DNA of 59,428 nucleotides, filler included. It is 5 parts of 5 records of this genome, joined end to end, with 100 filler letters (N's around TTAATTAATTAA, not from the genome) between each part and the next. Parts side by side here need not be neighbours in the genome. Positions count along the whole stretch, not along the records: positions 33,378 to 43,196 come from DRR723986_11724; positions 43,297 to 49,158 come from DRR723986_11725; positions 49,259 to 59,428 come from DRR723986_11728; 2 more parts are not named here. One strand, 5' to 3'. A model generated the notes under the pieces. It made no database searches, was not told the DNA's origin, and saw only the letters and a list, made by a program, of their open reading frames with translations. Each line of letters begins with the position of its first letter. Position 1 is the stretch's first letter. The translations under genes were made by a program, and so were the position numbers. Shown here piece after piece: positions 38,080 through 49,589 of this stretch.

Positions 38080-38211
38080 AACAATGGCTGCTCCGTGTCG
38101 ATCAGGGTGGGTATTCTTATCAGAGATGGACCCCGGGGGATAGTCCCGCTGCTTGCGCGCCAATCAGCCATTGCGTAACGTAACGGACCCGATCCAGCGC
38201 GAGTCTGCACA

Positions 38212-39171
38212 ATGACCATCAAGCTCGGGGTGGTGATGGATCCCATCGACCGCCTCAACTACAAGAAAGACAGCACCCTTGCCATGCTGTGGGCAGCACA
38301 GGCCCGTGACTGGCAGCTTTTCTATATGGAGCAGGCAGACCTGTATCTGGAACAGGGCGTCGCTCGCGCTCGCATGGCACAGCTTACCGTGTTCCACGAT
38401 CCGGACAGCTGGTACAACCTGGGCGATTTCGAGCACCGGGATCTGGCCGAGCTGGACGTCATCCTGATGCGCAAGGACCCCCCTTTCGACAACGAGTACG
38501 TGTACACAACCTATATCCTTGAAGCTGCCGAGCGCCTGGGCACGCTGATCGTAAACCGCTGCCAGAGCTTGCGTGACTGCAATGAAAAAGTCTTTGCCAC
38601 CCAGTTTCCCCAGTGCTGCCCACCCGTGCTGGTGACCGCAGACAATGACCGCCTGAAGGCCTTTCACCTGCAGCACGAGGACGTTATCTTCAAGCCGCTG
38701 GACGGCATGGGCGGATCTTCGATCTTCCGGGTCAAACCCAGGGACCCGAACCTGAATGTCATCCTGGAAACCCTTACCGATTTCGGCCGGCGCACGATCA
38801 TGGCGCAGCGCTTTATCCCGGAAATCGTAGAGGGTGATAAACGCATTCTCATGCTGCATGGCAAGCCGGTGCCTTACTGCCTGGCACGGGTTCCGCTGTC
38901 CGGTGAGACTCGCGGCAACCTCGCTGCAGGCGGCGCCGGGAGGGCCCAGCCCCTGAGCGAACAGGACCGGTGGATCGCGGAGCAGGTAGGCCCGACCCTG
39001 GTGGAGAAGGGCCTGCTGTTCGTCGGGCTGGACGTTATCGGCGACTACCTGACCGAGATCAACGTTACCAGCCCCACCTGCATCCGGGAGCTGGACAGCG
39101 CCTATGATCTGGACATCGGTGGCCAACTGATGGATTGTATCAGCGAGGAACTGAAGCACCGGAGCGGATGA
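38212..39171 (+). CDS. gshB: Glutathione synthetase
   Basis: MDPI..KKDST, MRKDPP, KPLDGMGG, RGNLAAGG, EINVTSPT. Confidence 0.98.
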   Translation: MTIKLGVVMDPIDRLNYKKDSTLAMLWAAQARDWQLFYMEQADLYLEQGVARARMAQLTVFHDPDSWYNLGDFEHRDLAELDVILMRKDPPFDNEYVYTTYILEAAERLGTLIVNRCQSLRDCNEKVFATQFPQCCPPVLVTADNDRLKAFHLQHEDVIFKPLDGMGGSSIFRVKPRDPNLNVILETLTDFGRRTIMAQRFIPEIVEGDKRILMLHGKPVPYCLARVPLSGETRGNLAAGGAGRAQPLSEQDRWIAEQVGPTLVEKGLLFVGLDVIGDYLTEINVTSPTCIRELDSAYDLDIGGQLMDCISEELKHRSG

Positions 39172-39174
39172 CAG

Positions 39175-40044
39175 TTGTATTACGTCGGGACAGAGCGTGA
39201 GTCTAATCAGCGCCTGATGTACGCGGTCGGCCTGGCCGCTGCCGTCCACGCTGCGTTTATTCTCGGCGTCGGCTTTGATGTCGACGACAGCATCAGCTAT
39301 TCACCGCAAATCGAGGTCACTCTCGCGCGCAAGCCCAGTGACCTGGCGCCCGATGAGGCGCGCCACGTGGCCCAGTCTAACCAGGTAGGCAGTGGTGAGG
39401 AGGCCTCCGACGACCGGGTGACCAGCGCAGCCAATGTTCCACTGTCAATGCCCGCCCAGACCCTGGACAGCCCGGCCCTGGAACAGCGGGAGACACCCGA
39501 CGCTGCCAGCGAATCCGCCGTGCTGACTCGCTCCGCCAGCGACCGACGTGTGAGCGATCAGCCGCAGGAGCTGGAATCCCGAGCCACCAATCTGCTGGGC
39601 ATCAGCCCCGAGGTGGACCAGTTGACCCGTGAACTGGCAAGTCTCGAGGCATCCCTGGACGAGCAGACCCAGGCCATCTCGAGCCGGCCACGGGTCAAGC
39701 GCCTCACCTCGGTATCGGCCAAGGAAGCAGTTGATGCTGCCTATCTGCACGACTGGCGCCAGCGGGTCGAGGCGGTGGGCAACAAGTACTATCCAGAGGC
39801 CTCCCTGCGCTACGGTATCTACGGCAGCCTGCGTCTGCTGGTGGTGATCCGTTATGATGGTAGCCTGGAGGATATCCGGGTACTCTCTTCCTCCGGTTAT
39901 GCCGTGCTGGACGATGCGGCTGTCAAGATTGTGCGCATGGCCGCGCCGTTTGCGCCGTTCCCGGCGGAATTGCGCGAGACTGCAGACAAGCTGGAAATCA
40001 TCCGCACATGGCAATTTGAGGAAAACGAGCTAAGCTCAGGCTAA
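39175..40044 (+). CDS. TonB-family protein (TonB3-like)
   Basis: N-terminal TM with His; C-terminal SSGYAVLD.AA...APFAPFP; conserved position between gshB and yqgE. Confidence 0.82.
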   Translation: MYYVGTERESNQRLMYAVGLAAAVHAAFILGVGFDVDDSISYSPQIEVTLARKPSDLAPDEARHVAQSNQVGSGEEASDDRVTSAANVPLSMPAQTLDSPALEQRETPDAASESAVLTRSASDRRVSDQPQELESRATNLLGISPEVDQLTRELASLEASLDEQTQAISSRPRVKRLTSVSAKEAVDAAYLHDWRQRVEAVGNKYYPEASLRYGIYGSLRLLVVIRYDGSLEDIRVLSSSGYAVLDDAAVKIVRMAAPFAPFPAELRETADKLEIIRTWQFEENELSSG

Positions 40045-40073
40045 CAGAGCAATACAAGCCGATACAGTGAACA

Positions 40074-40664
40074 ATGCCTGCCCTTATTCCCGCCAAATCG
40101 TCACGCGCGAGCGATTGCCTTCGTAATCACTTCCTGCTCGCCATGCCGACCCTGCGCGAGGGGATTTTTTCCCACAGCATTACCTATATCTGCGAACACG
40201 GCGAAAGCGGGGCCATGGGCATCGTGATCAACCAGCCGCTGGAACTGACCGTGGCGGAAATCTTCGACCACCTGGAGATTAAGACGCGCAAGGACTTTTC
40301 CGATATGCCAGTCATGGCCGGTGGTCCGGTGCAGATTGATCACGGTTTTGTACTCCACCGCGGTAGCGATGCGGAGTGGGAGGCCAGTATCAAGGTCACC
40401 GATGAAATCACCCTGACCACCTCCCGGGACGTGCTGCGCGCCATCGCCAATGGCGGGGGTCCGGAAGACAAGCTGATCGCCCTGGGGTATGCGGGCTGGT
40501 CGCCCGGGCAACTTGAACAGGAACTCGCCAGTAACAGCTGGCTGACCCTGCCCGCCGACAGCGACATCATCTTTACCACGCCCTGTGAAAGCCGACTCAG
40601 CGCCGCCGCCGCGCAATTGGGCATCGATATGAACCTGATTTCCGGGCAGGCGGGCCACGCCTGA
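40074..40664 (+). CDS. yqgE: YqgE/AlgH family protein
   Basis: LLAMP, GAMGIVIN, GGPV, GYAGW..GQLE.E, GHA end. Confidence 0.95.
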   Translation: MPALIPAKSSRASDCLRNHFLLAMPTLREGIFSHSITYICEHGESGAMGIVINQPLELTVAEIFDHLEIKTRKDFSDMPVMAGGPVQIDHGFVLHRGSDAEWEASIKVTDEITLTTSRDVLRAIANGGGPEDKLIALGYAGWSPGQLEQELASNSWLTLPADSDIIFTTPCESRLSAAAAQLGIDMNLISGQAGHA

Positions 40665-40700
40665 TCCTGTCACCATCCCGAGCCCAGCAGGTCCTGCGCC

Positions 40701-41129
40701 TTGACCACCGATAATCGTACCGTACTCGCCTTCGACTTCGGCTTGCGCCAGATCGGTGTGGCGGTGGGCAATTGCCTGCTCCGCAGCAGCCAGGCGCTGG
40801 CGATCGTCCGCGCCCGGGATGGCATTCCCGACTGGCCGGGCATCGAGCAACTTATCGCGGAATGGCAACCCCAGTTGCTGGTGGTGGGGGACCCGCTGAA
40901 CATGGACGGCAGCGGCAGCGAGCTCGGCGAGCGCGCGCACAAATTCGCCCGCCGCCTGCACGGACGTTTCGGCTTACCGGTGGAAATGGCCGATGAGCGC
41001 CTGACCAGTTTCGAAGCCAAGGAAACCAGCCGCGAACGCGGCCACCGGGGAGACTACAAAAAAGACCCGGTAGACAGCCTGGCGGCGGAATTGATCCTGC
41101 GCAGTTGGATGGACGCGGCCGGAGACTAA
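40701..41129 (+). CDS. yqgF: YqgF/RuvX pre-16S rRNA nuclease
   Basis: AFDFG..IGVAVG, VVG.P, DERLTS, D..AA. Confidence 0.95.
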   Translation: MTTDNRTVLAFDFGLRQIGVAVGNCLLRSSQALAIVRARDGIPDWPGIEQLIAEWQPQLLVVGDPLNMDGSGSELGERAHKFARRLHGRFGLPVEMADERLTSFEAKETSRERGHRGDYKKDPVDSLAAELILRSWMDAAGD

Positions 41130-42265
41130 CGCCCCAGGTATTGGCCGCGTTTGTCGTCCTCATCGAAGGTCAGGCCCATGCCGTCGTCAAAAGCGACCTT
41201 GCCCTTCTCAAACATCTTGAGCGCCAGGCGCACGTCGTTGGCGGAGTCCGCGTAGCGGATCGCGTCCTCGTGGCTGATGAGGCCTTCCTTGTAAGCCTTG
41301 ATCAGGGACTGGTCCAGGGTCTGCATGCCTTCCTCGGTGGACTTGGCCATCAGCTCCTTGATCAGGTGTACCTCACCCTTGCGGATGTAGTCCGCTACCA
41401 GCGGTGAATTGAGCAGGACCTCCACCACAGGCGTGCGACCCTTGCCGTCTTTCCGTGGGATAAGCTGCTGGGCCACCATCGACTTGAGGTTCAGGGACAG
41501 GTCCATCCACACCTGGTTGTGCTGTTCCGGCGGGAAGAAACTCTGGATACGATCCAGGGCCTGGTTGGCATTGTTGGCGTGCAGGGTGCACAGGCACAGG
41601 TGCCCGGTCTCGGCGAAGGTCAGCGCCTGCAGCATGGTTTCCGCAGTACGCACCTCACCGATAAGAATCACGTCCGGCGCCTGGCGCAGGGTGTTCTTCA
41701 GGGCCACGTCGAAGGAGTCGGTATCCATCCCGACCTCACGCTGGGTAATGATGCAGCCCGCGTGCTCGTGAATGTATTCGATCGGGTCCTCGATGCTGAT
41801 GATGTGGCCGCGACTGTTCTGGTTGCGATAACCCACCATTGCCGCCAGCGAGGTCGACTTACCGGTACCGGTGGCACCGACAAAGATAATCAGGCCGCGC
41901 TTGGTCATCGACAGATTCTTGATGATCTGTGGCAGCCCGAGTTCATCAATGGTCGGGATGTCGGTGTTAATCCGGCGCACTACCAGCCCGGCTTTACCGC
42001 GCTGCACGAAGGCGCTGGCACGAAACCGGCCCAGGCCTTCACGGGCCAGGGCGAAGTTGCACTCGTGATGTTCCGCGAATTCCTTACGCTGCGCCTCAGA
42101 CATGGTTGAAAGCACGAGGAGCTTGGCTTGTTCGTCGGTCAGCACACTTTCGCTCATCGGGTAGATCTCGCCATCCACCTTGATTGCCGGTGCCGCCCCG
42201 GCAGCGATAAACCCGTCCGATGCGCCTTCCTTGACTACCCGCTGCAACAAATCTTCTATCTGCAT
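41126..42265 (-). CDS. pilU: Type IV pilus retraction ATPase PilU
   Basis: GATGTGKST, IEDPIE, LRQAPDVILIGE, TLHANNANQA. Confidence 0.95.
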   Translation of the reverse strand: MQIEDLLQRVVKEGASDGFIAAGAAPAIKVDGEIYPMSESVLTDEQAKLLVLSTMSEAQRKEFAEHHECNFALAREGLGRFRASAFVQRGKAGLVVRRINTDIPTIDELGLPQIIKNLSMTKRGLIIFVGATGTGKSTSLAAMVGYRNQNSRGHIISIEDPIEYIHEHAGCIITQREVGMDTDSFDVALKNTLRQAPDVILIGEVRTAETMLQALTFAETGHLCLCTLHANNANQALDRIQSFFPPEQHNQVWMDLSLNLKSMVAQQLIPRKDGKGRTPVVEVLLNSPLVADYIRKGEVHLIKELMAKSTEEGMQTLDQSLIKAYKEGLISHEDAIRYADSANDVRLALKMFEKGKVAFDDGMGLTFDEDDKRGQYLGR

Positions 42266-42310
42266 GGTACTGCCTCCTGTAGGTCCGGCCGGACCGGGGT
42301 CTTACCGTCT

Positions 42311-43196
42311 CTAGAAATTCTCCGGGCTGCGCGCCTTCTCGCGCGCGATATCTCGGGTGATGATGCGTTTTTCCACCAGCTCCTGCAGGCACTGGTCCAT
42401 GGTCTGCATGCCCATTGCATGGCCGGTCTGGATGGCAGAGTACATCTGGGCCACCTTGTCTTCGCGGATCAGGTTACGAATCGCCGGCGTGCCGCGCATG
42501 ATTTCATGGGCCGCCACCCGGCCGCCGGTGGCGCGCTTGAGCAGGGTCTGTGAGATAACGGCCATCAGTGATTCAGACAGCATGGAGCGCACCATGGATT
42601 TCTCCGCTGCCGGGAACACGTCGACCACCCGGTCGATAGTCTTGGCAGCCGAGGTGGTGTGCAGGGTGCCAAAGACCAGGTGGCCGGTTTCAGCCGCAGT
42701 CAGCGCCAGGCGGATGGTTTCCAGGTCGCGCATCTCGCCAACCAGGATAATATCGGGGTCTTCGCGCAGCGCGGAGCGCAGGGCCTCGGCAAAGCCGAGG
42801 GTATCGCGATGCACCTCGCGCTGGTTGATCAGGCACTTCTTGCTCTCGTGCACAAATTCGATCGGGTCCTCGATGGTCAGCACGTGCTCGTACTTGTTAT
42901 CATTGATGTAGTCCATCATCGCCGCGAGGGTAGTGGACTTGCCCGAGCCGGTCGGCCCGGTGACCAGTACCAGACCCCGGGGCATCATCGAGATATCCCG
43001 GAATACCTGGCCCATGCCCAGGTCATCCATGGTCAGGACCTTCGAGGGAATGGTACGGAATACACCGCCGGCACCGCGGTTCTGGTTAAACGCGTTGACC
43101 CGGAAACGGGCTACCCCGGGCACTTCGAAGGAGAAGTCGGTCTCGAGGAATTCCTCGTAATCCTTACGCTGCTTGTCGTTCATGATGTCGTAGATA
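42311..43196 (-). CDS. pilT: Type IV pilus retraction ATPase PilT (5'-truncated)
   Basis: GPTGSGKST, LREDPD, AIRNLIRE, GMQT. Confidence 0.97.
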
Positions 43197-43296
43197 NNNN
43201 NNNNNNNNNNNNNNNNNNNNNNNNNNNNNNNNNNNNNNNNTTAATTAATTAANNNNNNNNNNNNNNNNNNNNNNNNNNNNNNNNNNNNNNNNNNNN
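43197..43296. other. Artificial contig spacer
   Basis: N44-TTAATTAATTAA-N44. Confidence 0.99.
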
Positions 43297-44577
<1,281 letters not shown>

Positions 44578-44606
44578 ATTGCCTTCAGTCCTGCGCAACC
44601 GCCTTT

Positions 44607-45242
44607 TCAAGCGTTGCCATTATCGCTGCTTGCCCCGGAGGAGTAGCGAAAACGCTCCAGGTCACGCACCCGCGACAGGAAGTTTTCGCTCGCCTGCCCC
44701 GCAAGCAGTGCAGCATGTATCACATTTGACCGGCCCAATGCCAAATCCAATTGGTCCGAATCGAACAAACGGACGATTTGGCATCCGTTTGCGTGTTCCT
44801 GAGTGCCGGCAGCCAGTGCCGCCAGCTTCCTTACCCCGTCTTCTGCAGCGTCCGAGGCATGGACCAGCCCGGCGACATCTTCCTGCCGCAGAGCTGCTTC
44901 AACTTTCGCATATCCCGTTACCAGCTCGCCGGCCTTGCGCGTCATGGAGAGCGCTTGCAGCGCCGATCGTTCCATGAGCGCATCAACCCGATCCGCCAGT
45001 CCCGGCTCGACAGAGGCTTCCCCTTTAAAACCCCTGCCGAAGACCTTTTTCCGGTCCTTTTCGGCAACAGCCACGACTTCTTTCGTGGCGGTTATCCAAA
45101 CACCACGCCCTGGAAGAACCCGCTTCAGATCCGGAACCACCTCGCCTTGCGGGTCGAGGACGAACCGGATCAGCGCACTGACGGGCTGAACCTCCCGGGT
45201 CACGGCACATTGCCGTTCGGTCGGCTCACTCTTCCTGGGCAC
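44607..45242 (-). CDS. YlxR/DUF448 + L7Ae-like RNA-binding protein
   Basis: ER.C.VTR, IRFV..P, PGRG.W; between nusA and infB. Confidence 0.9.
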   Translation of the reverse strand: MPRKSEPTERQCAVTREVQPVSALIRFVLDPQGEVVPDLKRVLPGRGVWITATKEVVAVAEKDRKKVFGRGFKGEASVEPGLADRVDALMERSALQALSMTRKAGELVTGYAKVEAALRQEDVAGLVHASDAAEDGVRKLAALAAGTQEHANGCQIVRLFDSDQLDLALGRSNVIHAALLAGQASENFLSRVRDLERFRYSSGASSDNGNA

Positions 45243-45382
45243 GCTGCCACTCCTTTAGATCAACCTGCTTTCCGGTGCGAACACCTTCGGCGCAGAAAAG
45301 TTGATCGAACTTGCGAATTCGAAGCTGCCGATCGGCCGGGGCCAGACCGGAAGCCTCATACAGGAGGCTTTTGCCTCTCTCG

Positions 45383-47038
45383 TTACCCGTTCAGGATCGC
45401 GCCGCCCTGCGGCTCTTCTCCAACGGTCTCGGCCATTTCGGCCTCGTCTTCTTCTTCGGCTTCTTCTGCCTCAGCCTGAGCTGCGAGTTCTTCCTCGGTG
45501 ATCCAGCCGGCGGCCAGACGGGCGGCCATCACGACGTTTTCCGCTTCAGCGCGGGACATGTCGAATTCCGAAAGAGCACCTTCGAAGCGCTTGGTTTCGC
45601 CGTCCTTGCGTTCGGTCCAGCCGACGAGATCGTCAGCAGCGCAACCGGCGAGGTCTTCCATCGTCTTGATGTCGTCCTTGCCCAAGGCAACCAGCATAGC
45701 CGTTGTCAGGCCATCAATCGACCTCAAGTCGTCGGCAACACCGAGCGAAATACGCTCTTCGTCGAGTTTTGCTTCCAGTTCGGCCAGGTAATCCCGCGCA
45801 CGTGCCTGGATTTCGACGGCGGTGTCGTCGTCGAAGCCTTCGATCATGGAGATCTCATCGAGCTCCACATAGGCAACTTCCTCAACCGAGGTAAAGCCTT
45901 CGGTCGCCAGCAACTGTCCGACCATCTCGTCCACGTTGAGGGCTTCCATGAACAGCTGCGAGCGCTCCAGGAATTCCTTCTGGCGGCGGTCGCTTTCTTC
46001 CTGCTCGGTCATGATGTCGATGGCCCAGCCGGTCAGCTGTGAGGCCAGACGCACGTTCTGGCCGCGGCGGCCGATCGCCAGAGATAGTTGGTCATCGGGA
46101 ACGACAACTTCAATACGTTCGGCGTCTTCGTCCAGAACAACCTTGGCAACTTCGGCCGGCTGCAGGGCGTTGACGATGAAGGTTGCCGCTTCTTCGTTCC
46201 ACGGGATGATGTCGATCTTTTCGCCCTGGAGCTCGCCAACAACGGCCTGGACGCGGCTGCCGCGCATACCCACGCAGGCGCCAACCGGGTCGATAGAGCT
46301 GTCCTTGGAGATCACGGCGATCTTCGCGCGCGAACCCGGGTCACGGGCAACGGACTTGATCTCGATGACGCCGTCGTAGATTTCCGGAACTTCCTGGGCA
46401 AACAGCTTCGCCATGAACTGCGGATGCGTGCGCGACAGGAAGATCTGCGGGCCGCGCTGTTCGCGGCGAACGTCGTAAATGATGGCGCGGATGCGGTCGC
46501 CCGTGCGGAAGATTTCGCGCGGGATCAGCTCGTCGCGGCGGACGATGCCTTCGCCGCGGCCAAGATCGACGATGACGTTGCCGTATTCGGCGCGCTTGAC
46601 GACACCGTTGACGACTTCGCCGACGCGGTCCTTGAATTCTTCGTACTGACGGTCACGCTCGGCTTCGCGCACTTTCTGCACGATAACCTGCTTGGCGGAC
46701 TGGGCGGCGATACGGCCGAAATCGAGCGGCGGCAGCGGCTCGGCAATGAAGTCGCCGATGCTGGCTTCCGGATTGCGGGCCTGTGCATCATCAAGAGAGA
46801 TGTCGGTGGAAACGTTCTCGACAGTGTCTACGACCTGAAGCAGGCGCTGCAAACGGATCTCGCCGGTCTTCGGATTGATTTCGGCGCGGACTTCCGTTTC
46901 CGTACCATAGCGGGAGCGGGCTGCCTTCTGGATCGCGTCTTCCATTGCATTGATGACGATCATCCGGTCGATGGATTTTTCCCGTGCGACCGCGTCAGCG
47001 ATTTGCAGCAGTTCCAGCCGGTTCGCGCTGATTGCCAT
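45383..47038 (-). CDS. nusA: Transcription factor NusA
   Basis: FGRIAAQSAKQV, ARDPGSRAK, GACVGMRGSR; start moved to 47038. Confidence 0.98.
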   Translation of the reverse strand: MAISANRLELLQIADAVAREKSIDRMIVINAMEDAIQKAARSRYGTETEVRAEINPKTGEIRLQRLLQVVDTVENVSTDISLDDAQARNPEASIGDFIAEPLPPLDFGRIAAQSAKQVIVQKVREAERDRQYEEFKDRVGEVVNGVVKRAEYGNVIVDLGRGEGIVRRDELIPREIFRTGDRIRAIIYDVRREQRGPQIFLSRTHPQFMAKLFAQEVPEIYDGVIEIKSVARDPGSRAKIAVISKDSSIDPVGACVGMRGSRVQAVVGELQGEKIDIIPWNEEAATFIVNALQPAEVAKVVLDEDAERIEVVVPDDQLSLAIGRRGQNVRLASQLTGWAIDIMTEQEESDRRQKEFLERSQLFMEALNVDEMVGQLLATEGFTSVEEVAYVELDEISMIEGFDDDTAVEIQARARDYLAELEAKLDEERISLGVADDLRSIDGLTTAMLVALGKDDIKTMEDLAGCAADDLVGWTERKDGETKRFEGALSEFDMSRAEAENVVMAARLAAGWITEEELAAQAEAEEAEEEDEAEMAETVGEEPQGGAILNG

Positions 47039-47105
47039 ATTCCACTCCTCTTGCGCCAAGGATCGGTTCGGGCGCGTTCTTCTTCTTTCCCTTAGAGCCT
47101 GTGGC

Positions 47106-47699
47106 TCAGTTGGGCATGTTGTCCTGCGACAGCTCGTCATCCTGGCCACGGGCGGCAAGCGCCGCCTTTTCCGCCTGAAGAGCTGCGGTAATCAAGTCAT
47201 CGGTCAGAACCAGCTTGGCTTCGCCGATGTTCTCCAGCGGCAGCGCCACGGTGTCCTCTTCGCCTTCCCGCACATCGGGCAGCCGAAGGTTAGCCTTGCC
47301 GTCTTCCGCGCCGAGGAGCTTGCCCCGGAATCGCTTGCGGCCATCCAGCATGACGGCCATCTCGACCTTCAGCTCATGGCCGGCCCAGCGATTGAAATCG
47401 CCGGCCCGCACGAGCGGACGGTCGATACCTGGAGATGAAACTTCTAGATGATATGCCCGGTTGATCGGGTCTTCGACGTCGAGCGCAGGCGACACGGCCC
47501 GGCTGATGGTTTCGCAGTCTTCGACCGTCATGGTGCCGTCCGGGCGCTCCGCCATGATCTGCAGGGTGCAGCCGTTCTGAGCACTGATCTTCGTACGCAC
47601 CAGTCGGTAGCCGAGGTCCTCGATGACCGGCTCCACAATTGCGGCAACACGGGCATCAAGACCCTGTTCCGTCACAATTCTCGGTTCGTGTGCGCTCAC
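47106..47699 (-). CDS. rimP: Ribosome maturation factor RimP
   Basis: [12 protein letters not shown]. Confidence 0.97.
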   Translation of the reverse strand: MSAHEPRIVTEQGLDARVAAIVEPVIEDLGYRLVRTKISAQNGCTLQIMAERPDGTMTVEDCETISRAVSPALDVEDPINRAYHLEVSSPGIDRPLVRAGDFNRWAGHELKVEMAVMLDGRKRFRGKLLGAEDGKANLRLPDVREGEEDTVALPLENIGEAKLVLTDDLITAALQAEKAALAARGQDDELSQDNMPN

Positions 47700-47809
47700 A
47701 CTTGGCTCCTGTTGGCGGCCGTTACCGGCTCTTGAGCATCAGATGCACCTGATTGTCGATTTACATAGGGCAGTCCTGCTCGAACTCGTTGGTTTCCGGT
47801 TATGTAAGC

Positions 47810-47841
47810 AAAAAAGAGCGGGTCCCCGGCGGGCCCACTCT
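47810..47841 (-). promoter_or_regulatory. rimP leader terminator/attenuator hairpin
   Basis: AGAGTGGGCCC-GCCGG-GGACCCGCTCT-TTTTT about 110 nt upstream of rimP, as in the known rimP leader. Confidence 0.75.
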
Positions 47842-48000
47842 CAAAGTGCTCAGATAAGCCGTTTGAGGTGAAACACGGGCTGTATAACGCCAAAGGGGGC
47901 AAAAAGGCAAGAGGCCGGGCCAAATTCCTCAAAGAAGTTAGCGCCAGTCCGGAATCCCCCGATAAACGGCAGCAAACGCGCCGTTCTCCGCGATGTGCCG

Positions 48001-48687
48001 CTACACCCTGCAGAAAGTCAGGTACCGTCCGATACGCCCCTCGCGGATGGCCTTCGCCTCGTAGCGTGTACTTGGCCAGCCCTCCCAGGGTGTTTTCCAG
48101 TCGGACGCTGTTTCCGCCGCCCATTCGAACGCCGCATGGTCGCGGCAATGGCGCAGTGTCCAGTCGACGTAGGTATCGATGTCGCTGGCAAAACGGAACT
48201 CGTGGCCGGGCTTGATGGCCCGGGCATAGCGATCGAGATTCTGTTCGTTGATGAACCGGCGCTTCCAATGGCGCTTTTTCGGCCAGGGATCCGGATAGAG
48301 CTGATAGGCTAGGTCGAGACTTGCCTCGGGCAACCAGTCCAGAACATTGACGGCATCATCATCGTAAAGGCGGATATTGCGGAACCCCTCCCCCACGACG
48401 GCATTCACGGCCTTGGCCATGCTGCCGACGAAAGGTTCGACGCCAATGAAGCCGACACGCGGATTGGTTCTGGCCCGGTGAAGCAGATGCTCACCGCCGC
48501 CAAAACCGACCTCCAGACACACCTCGTCGACATCCGCGTCAAAGAGGGTCTTCAGATCCTCCGGAGCGGGTGTTGCCAGGTCCAGCGCCAGGCGCGGCAG
48601 TTCGTTTTCCATCAGCGCCTCACGGCGCGGGCTCAACGGCTTGCCCTTGCGGCGGCCGTAAAAGGAACCTTCGTAGCGGTCAGTCAT
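48001..48687 (-). CDS. trmB: tRNA (guanine-N7) methyltransferase
   Basis: [31 protein letters not shown]. Confidence 0.97.
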   Translation of the reverse strand: MTDRYEGSFYGRRKGKPLSPRREALMENELPRLALDLATPAPEDLKTLFDADVDEVCLEVGFGGGEHLLHRARTNPRVGFIGVEPFVGSMAKAVNAVVGEGFRNIRLYDDDAVNVLDWLPEASLDLAYQLYPDPWPKKRHWKRRFINEQNLDRYARAIKPGHEFRFASDIDTYVDWTLRHCRDHAAFEWAAETASDWKTPWEGWPSTRYEAKAIREGRIGRYLTFCRV

Positions 48688-48705
48688 AATTCAACTTCAA
48701 AACGA

Positions 48706-48734
48706 CAGATCGCCGGCACTGAACCGGCGATCTG
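48706..48734 (-). terminator. Hairpin between metK and trmB
   Basis: CAGATCGCCGG-N7-CCGGCGATCTG followed by TCGTTTT on the minus strand. Confidence 0.55.
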
Positions 48735-48767
48735 CTTCACTTCTTCCATGTTCAGCGTAGGCGCAGC

Positions 48768-49158
48768 TTATCCCGCAAGCGGGCGCAGCGCGTCAACCAG
48801 ATCCGTCTTTTCCCAGCTGAAGCCGCCATCGGCCTCAGGTTCACGGCCGAAGTGGCCGTAAGCGGCGGTGCGCTCATAGATCGGGTTGTTCAGCTTCAGG
48901 TGCTGGCGAATGCCGCGCGGGCTGAGGCCCATGACATCGCGCAACGCTTTTTCCAGCTTGGCTTCATCGCAACGGCCGGTGCCATGCAGGTCGACGTAGA
49001 CCGACAGCGGCTCCGGAACGCCGATGGCGTAGGAAAGCTGAATGGTGCAGCGGTCGGACAGATCGGCTGCAACGACGTTCTTGGCAAGATAGCGCGCCGC
49101 GTAGGCTGCCGAACGGTCCACCTTGGTCGGGTCCTTGCCGGAGAATGCGCCGCCGCCA
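48768..49158 (-). CDS. metK: S-adenosylmethionine synthetase (5'-truncated)
   Basis: [32 protein letters not shown]. Confidence 0.97.
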
Positions 49159-49258
49159 NNNNNNNNNNNNNNNNNNNNNNNNNNNNNNNNNNNNNNNNNN
49201 NNTTAATTAATTAANNNNNNNNNNNNNNNNNNNNNNNNNNNNNNNNNNNNNNNNNNNN
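49159..49258. other. Artificial contig spacer
   Basis: N44-TTAATTAATTAA-N44. Confidence 0.99.
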
Positions 49259-49318
49259 GTACATGGTGATTTCGAAACCGAAACGCATGTCAACGAATGA
49301 TGGTGTAGTCCACTGCAT
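49259..49318 (-). CDS. pqqA: PQQ precursor peptide PqqA (3'-truncated; not in ORF track)
   Basis: Manual translation MQWTTPSFVDMRFGFEITMY with W..P and E-x3-Y motifs; RBS AAGGAGG. Confidence 0.95.
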
Positions 49319-49415
49319 AAAAAATCCTCCTTTTGCTTTATTGAAATGCACCTTGGCTCACGGCTAGGGTGAAGAACTTGGCTTGCGCCGTTTTGTTCGT
49401 CCTCAGAGTGTAAAT

Positions 49416-49431
49416 AGCAATTCCCGTGCCT
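49416..49431 (-). promoter_or_regulatory. sigma54 -24/-12 promoter of pqqA
   Basis: AGGCACGGGAATTGCT (GG-N10-GC). Confidence 0.8.
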
Positions 49432-49485
49432 TAGGGGGCCGTCTGTCGGTATTTTTGTAATGTGGAAAATGTGCGCTGGAGTTGA

Positions 49486-49520
49486 TGTTTCAGTTGTTCA
49501 AACTGTTGCAGTTTGAAACA
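49486..49520. promoter_or_regulatory. Putative enhancer (UAS) for pqqA
   Basis: TGTTGCA-GTT-TGAAACA (49504-49520) plus adjacent TGTTTCA half-site (49486). Confidence 0.65.
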
Positions 49521-49526
49521 CCCAGC

Positions 49527-49558
49527 AAAAAGGCGCGAACCTTTTGAGTTCGCGCCTT
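49527..49558 (-). terminator. Intrinsic terminator of the porin gene
   Basis: AAGGCGCGAAC-N7-GTTCGCGCCTT-TTT. Confidence 0.8.
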
Positions 49559-49589
49559 AGGACAATCGTTAACGGAGGGTGGTTAACGA

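Noticed and set aside
48768-49318. Apparent linkage of metK with pqqA, or a metK duplication in one genome
   Set aside because: Separated by a spacer; the contigs differ in GC and apparent taxonomy
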